A stretch of 64,000 nucleotides of DNA, taken from contig JAQGDQ010000010.1 of assembly GCA_030141605.1 (NCBI GenBank), positions 992,001 through 1,056,000 of the forward strand. The letters are read 5' to 3'. Within the stretch, counting starts at the first letter, position 1, and every line of letters starts with the position of its first letter. The notes under the pieces are model-generated. The model was not told the DNA's origin. It saw only the letters and a list, made by a program, of their open reading frames with translations, and did no database searches. Below, piece by piece: positions 59,101 to 64,000 of the stretch. The translations under genes and the position numbers were made by a program. The DNA is from Tubiluchus corallicola (taxonomy: Eukaryota > Animalia > Priapulida).

Positions 59101-62100
59101 AGGCCCTTCCATCATACAGCGCATAGGCCAATGTGAGTGGATATAATTTCAAACTCGGATAAGTAATTTGAACCTAGTTTCGAAATGCACTGGTGTATAT
59201 TGAACCTAGGTTCATTTTGGCGTTGGTATATTGCAAGGTGGGGGTAATTTAAAATCGTTACACCCGCATTGCTGGGTCTGAGCTACACTAAAAGGTGCTG
59301 ACATCAGACTTTGTAAAAACAATAATATTGGCCAAAAATGCCCAAAATAATTATTGCTCATACAATATACTGCAATGCGTTATTGACCAAAAAAAGTCAT
59401 TGCAATAATGTATTGTGAATGTGTAATTTTAGGTTATGCTATATGCAGATAATTTTAGGTATCCTTTTTTATGTGAGAATAACCAGAACCAGAAGACAAA
59501 TAAAACTGTCCAAAACAGCGTTTCCCGTGGTCATCTAGCCATTTATCGTTCAGACTTAGGATTGCTTGCCCTGTTTTGCCACGGATTTATACACGGCCTT
59601 ACAACTTTGCACATATTTCTACAACTTAGCACAATTCTATACATATTTTAACGTCTTAAAAAGTTCTAGATAATTGTGCTTTTACTACTTGAAGCCCCGT
59701 TATATATTGCCTTCAAGTCTTAATTAGGTGTTTGGGAAAAGCCGTCATTGGAAGATGTTTTGAGCGTTTGAACCTTCAAGAAGACCAACTAAATCCACGG
59801 CATAAAAATGGGGGAAACTTACATTAATTACATTACATTATACAAGTTTGTACTGCGCCGTTAGTTACAAGTGGTATTCTACAGCGCCTAATAACAGAAT
59901 CATTATAGTCAAAATTTTAACAGATCATATTAAATCCCAGTGAATTTAAACTAGACATCAGACAGTGTAGACATAATATGAAATTATGAAATTATCAATA
60001 GTTGTAATAAACTTAGTTCAAAAAGGCTAAAATGAACAGACGAGTCTCGAGGTTTTTGTTGAATACATAAAATTTAGTGCAACAACGCAAATCAGTTGGG
60101 AGACAGTTCCATTCTCTGGGGCCAAGGAAAAAAGATCTGTCTGCTTATGAAAGCTTATGGAATAACAATAGTTAACTGTCCTAAATTCTAATCCAGTACT
60201 TACCTCCATGTTTTCAACAATAAAGCACTATACGTTACACCAAATCCAAGATGCCTCGTCCACTTTACTGAGCAACACAACATGGTGGTAAGTATGGGAA
60301 ACTGAGCCAACATCTAAAATATGTTGATATACTTCAAAGCACAAATGGTTTTTATAGTCGGATATAATTTTTATCACTGCCCTAAGCAGATAGTCATTCA
60401 GGCCAGAAATAAAATTTGCTAATAGTTACGATGAGAGAAATTTGAATGTAGGTAAAAATGTCACAGGTAGAAATGTCACAGGAAAAATGGCACAAATTGA
60501 AAAGTAGGTAAAAATAGCACAGGAAAAAATGGCACAAATGAAAAAGTAGGTAAAAATGACACGGTAAACATGGCGCAGAAAAAAATGGCACGAATGGAAA
60601 AGTAGGCACAATGGCAGAGGAAAAATGGCACACTTGGTAATATATGCGCTTAGGGTTAGGGTCACAGTGGCGTAAAATTCTTTTAGTTATTCTTATCTCT
60701 GCCTAGAAAGTTATGCTTCAACCACAGTTTGCTTGTTTGTCTGCTTGTTTGGTTGTTTTTGTCTGTTATGGCTGCAAGCTTATTACGCAAAAACTGTCTA
60801 ACAGGTTTCCAAGAACTCTGTGAAGAAAGGGAGTATAGAGAGTCAGATAATGAGAATTATTTTTCGGAAAACTTGACCTAACACCACGAACAAGAAAAAC
60901 GTTCGTGAAGCACTTCATTGAGGTCTCAGAAAGAATGTTTAGTACTTCTTTTTTGCTATCTCCACCAGGACATACAACTACGAGTTAGTTTCAGGTTCCA
61001 TTTGAGATAATCTCGTTTGTAAAACTGTGCAACGCTGTCTATAACCTTGCTTATCAATGCATATAACCCTATTAGGCGACATGGAAGTATACATTTGTCA
61101 GTCTATTACCACCGTCAAAACAAACGGTGAAAAAGGTAGATAATCACTATGTGGAACATTCGTGCATTATTGATCATAAATCCATTTAATGAACAAATAT
61201 TTTGTGAGTCTTTGGCTAGTCTATATAATACCAATACATGTACGTTTTTGTATATTTGCTTGTTTATCTTTAGGTTATTTATTTGAATTACAAAAATCAG
61301 ACGAATACGATTGGCATTGTTCGGAATGGCAGAGATCTGCTTCCCACTGAGCGTTTTATTATAGAAATCAATTGCACAAAAATAACACGTGCCATTTTTT
61401 CCTACGCGATTTTTACCTGTGCCATTTTTTCTGTGTCATTTTTTCCTGTGCCAGTTTTTCCTGTGTCATTTTTACTTGTGCCATTTTACCACGAACCGAG
61501 AAATTTAATAGAAGATACACGGAAAATAGTTGAAATGCTTCTAAACCAGCAACAAAAATTTATGAAGCATTAGTAACGTTTTGTTAGTCTTGCAAAATCT
61601 CTCCCACAATCCAAAAAGAAATTGTATGTATATATAACAGTACATACCTCACAATACATAATGACGCATCCAATCAGAGTAATGATAAGAAAAGTTGGAC
61701 TGGCAACAGACACCACCTGATAAACACAAAAAAACATGAAACGGTTATAAGATAAATGGCTTTGATCAGCAAATTCTTTGTTTAGACTTCCGCAGTTATT
61801 AATTAAGGCGCTAGAAACCTGGAATGTTTAAAATAAAAATCCCTCTATGTCAACTGTGTACTCAGACAGACTTGCTGTAGCAAAAAGGCGCGAAGTAGCA
61901 AAACCGCGCGTCGAATTTTGAAATGCAGGTTAGTGGTAGATTAATGTCTGGGAAAACGTCTATATAAATAAGTAAGTAAGTGAATAAATAAGTAAGCAAG
62001 TCAGTAGGTAGGTAGGTAAGTAGGTGGGTTTGGGTGGGTGGGTAGGTAGGTAGGTAGGTAGGTAGGTAAGAAAGTAAGTAAGCAAGAAAACAAGCAAAAT

Positions 62101-62992
62101 TTATTGTCATTATATCGCAGTACATTATAATGAAATTTGTGTGATTTTACGTACTACAAAAAAAGAAAATTAACAGATAAATAAGTTCAATTAGTTGTCG
62201 CATAAGTGCTAATAAAATATATACAGCGATACAGAGAACGTCGCAAATTTAGTGAAATTTACTGTTGGTAGTGCGGATTGCAACAGGATAGAAACAATTC
62301 AAAGTCTTTGTGATTTTAGCTCTACTTGAACGGTGTCTGGGGCCAGAAAGGAACATTAAAAAAAATATTACCTAGATCTCACTTTGCCCTTTCCCTTTCT
62401 TAACCGCGCATAAATATTTGAATCTTTAATAATTTCTCCGGCTGTTTATTTATTCCCATGAGTAAAGGTATTTTTCATCAAGCTCATTTCTAAATCTATG
62501 ATAATTTCTTCTGTTTTTGAAACGTTCACTTCTAAATTATTCAGTTCGCCCCGTTCGTATTAAATTTTGAACACTGAAAAATAATTTCTGCAAATAAGGC
62601 AAGCAAGCGTGGTATCATTCGCAAATTTTACCATCATAGTTGTAGGGGAAGATACTTTACAGTCATACGCGAACGCATGTGGTGTACAGCATTGGTGACA
62701 GGATGCAGCCTTGACGAGGTCCTGTATTAAAAACCTTTGAAGTTTACAAAATGTTGGCGTTACTTATCCCTTTACTATCTGTGATCGTCCTGTCAATAGC
62801 TCAAGTATGAAATTACATAGCCAGTCAGGTATCTTACGTTCCGTCATTTTTAGGCTGATTTAACAAATGATACAAAACTGTGTAGTAATATGCAGTCTAT
62901 ACTTTACCTTTTGCTTTCGGTATTTGTAAACAAACCCACAGAGTATCAGTGCCAACAATACACACAGCATCGTAATAGACAAAAGAACCAAT
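53128..62992 (-). CDS. Class C (7tm_3) orphan GPCR, GPR158/GPR179-like invertebrate group; 5'-partial (7TM and C-tail only)
   Basis: Minus-strand GT-AG exons, phases consistent: 62992-62908 (TM1 [28 protein letters not shown]), 61716-61648 ([20 protein letters not shown]), 60313-60204 ([25 protein letters not shown]), 58115-57901 ([21 protein letters not shown]...QCEYDWWD), 57648-57510 ([18 protein letters not shown]...[13 protein letters not shown]), 56471-56366 ([12 protein letters not shown]), 55726-55577 (alternative donor 55481), 53346-53128 ([14 protein letters not shown]...NRHL...stop). Confidence 0.88.
60447..61499. repeat. Two inverted arrays of AAAAATGGCACA-type units (60447-60632 and 61388-61492), probable foldback/MITE ends
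   Basis: Left array ggtaaaaatg(g/t)cacagg units followed by GGGTTAGGG; right array tgtgccattttt units ending ccattttaccacgaaccga. Confidence 0.65.
61968..62086. repeat. (TAAG)/(TAGG)n tetranucleotide microsatellite, possibly the 3' tail of the adjacent LINE remnant
   Basis: taagtaagtaag...gtaggtaggtaggtagg. Confidence 0.85.
62330..62870 (-). mobile_element. Decayed non-LTR reverse transcriptase fragment (Rex/Babar/L2-like)
   Basis: Minus strand with frameshifts: [17 protein letters not shown]; [16 protein letters not shown]; [23 protein letters not shown] (FADD mutated to FAND); [14 protein letters not shown]. Confidence 0.85.
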
Positions 62993-63050
62993 CTATGTAA
63001 AAAATAAAATATACATAATAATTACATAAAAGAAACGAAGAAATTACAAA

Positions 63051-63210
63051 GGAGGGGATTCACAAAGCTTCTTACGAACTATTTTATTATAGTAAGAATG
63101 TGCGTATGAACGTTCTTAGACATGAAATTTTATTAAATGTGATCGTAACCTTACGAAAACAAAAAAATTTCTACAAAGTTTCTTACGAATATGCTAGTGA
63201 ATCCGGGCCC
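63051..63210. mobile_element. Short MITE-like element with GGATTCAC / GTGAATCC(GGGCC) inverted ends
   Basis: ggattcacaaag...cttacgaa (x3)...gtgaatccgggccc; left end degraded; no clear TSD. Confidence 0.55.
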
Positions 63211-64000
63211 CGTCTATGTACTGAACTAGAGATCAATGTTAGCATGAGGCTCAGCAAAAGTTGAAAACGGTGTAATCATTAAATGGATGATCGCTCTATA
63301 CATGCTAGTCTCTAGTCTTTTACACTTTCTAACCACTTAGCGTGGTTGCTGATAGTTAAGTTAATTTTGATATGATTTCACGTTTATCAGCGAAAATGGC
63401 AAAAGAGTTACTAGATCGTTATGGCGTTTAGGAATCTGCTTAACATTAATAAATACTGATCAAAGTTTGATAACTTCCTACAAAAGCTTTTCCCTAGGTT
63501 TCACTCAAACAGTTTTTATATTTATTGAACCGCGAAATAGAATATAGAAAAACTGTATACGCTAGAGACCAAAAAAGAACATAATATGTACAACAATATA
63601 AAGATGGTACAATTGTTCAAGCACATATGAACGCATATGAACTCTCACATATCAAAATGTCTTAATATCATACGTAGATTTCTAAAAATATGGAGTTAAT
63701 TAATATGGTCTTTGAGTTAGCTCAGTCTGATATTAGTTTATATAAAGTTGACCATTTGATTCTAAGCACTGCAATTATTGCGAGCGTGTGTTTTCTAAGA
63801 TATTCTCCATAAGTTGCGTGTGTTGAACAAACATTATTAAGTTGTTCTTCGATTGTGGGACGTCATACAAAGTAACAGGAATAGTAAGAATCAAGCTTTA
63901 AAAGTGAGGTTAGTCCAGTTCGCTGCCACGCGTTGAAAGTATAGAAAACAATCTGAAAGTCTGAAACTTTGACGAAATAAAGCCATAATCCAACCAAGGG

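Noticed and set aside
60394-61573. Cys/Phe-rich ORFs (CAIFS.. repeats)
   Set aside because: Translations of the AAAAATGGCACA repeat arrays.

Overview
AT-rich, intron-rich eukaryotic (invertebrate animal-like) DNA; no prokaryotic features, RNA genes or CRISPR arrays are visible. About 47 kb of the + strand (2918-49659) is a single gene. I traced 52 GT-AG coding exons by hand; all phases are consistent and they total 7521 nt (about 2506 aa). The protein has a basic N-terminus, an unannotated globular domain, a very long ankyrin-repeat array, then WGR, PARP regulatory and PARP1-type catalytic domains with an intact H-Y-E triad. This is the C. elegans PME-5/TANK-1-like architecture, not a SAM-containing tankyrase. 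Converging on it from the - strand is the 3' part (7TM and C-tail, 8 exons, 53128-62992) of a class C orphan GPCR of the GPR158/GPR179-like group; its 5' part lies beyond the window. Introns hold non-autonomous DNA transposons (two hAT MITEs with 8-bp TSDs; two related Tc1/pogo-type elements with TA flanks, each carrying a different internal minisatellite), remnants of Penelope-like, RTE-like and Rex/Babar/L2-like retroelements, and micro/minisatellites. Most ORF-track entries are exon fragments or spurious.
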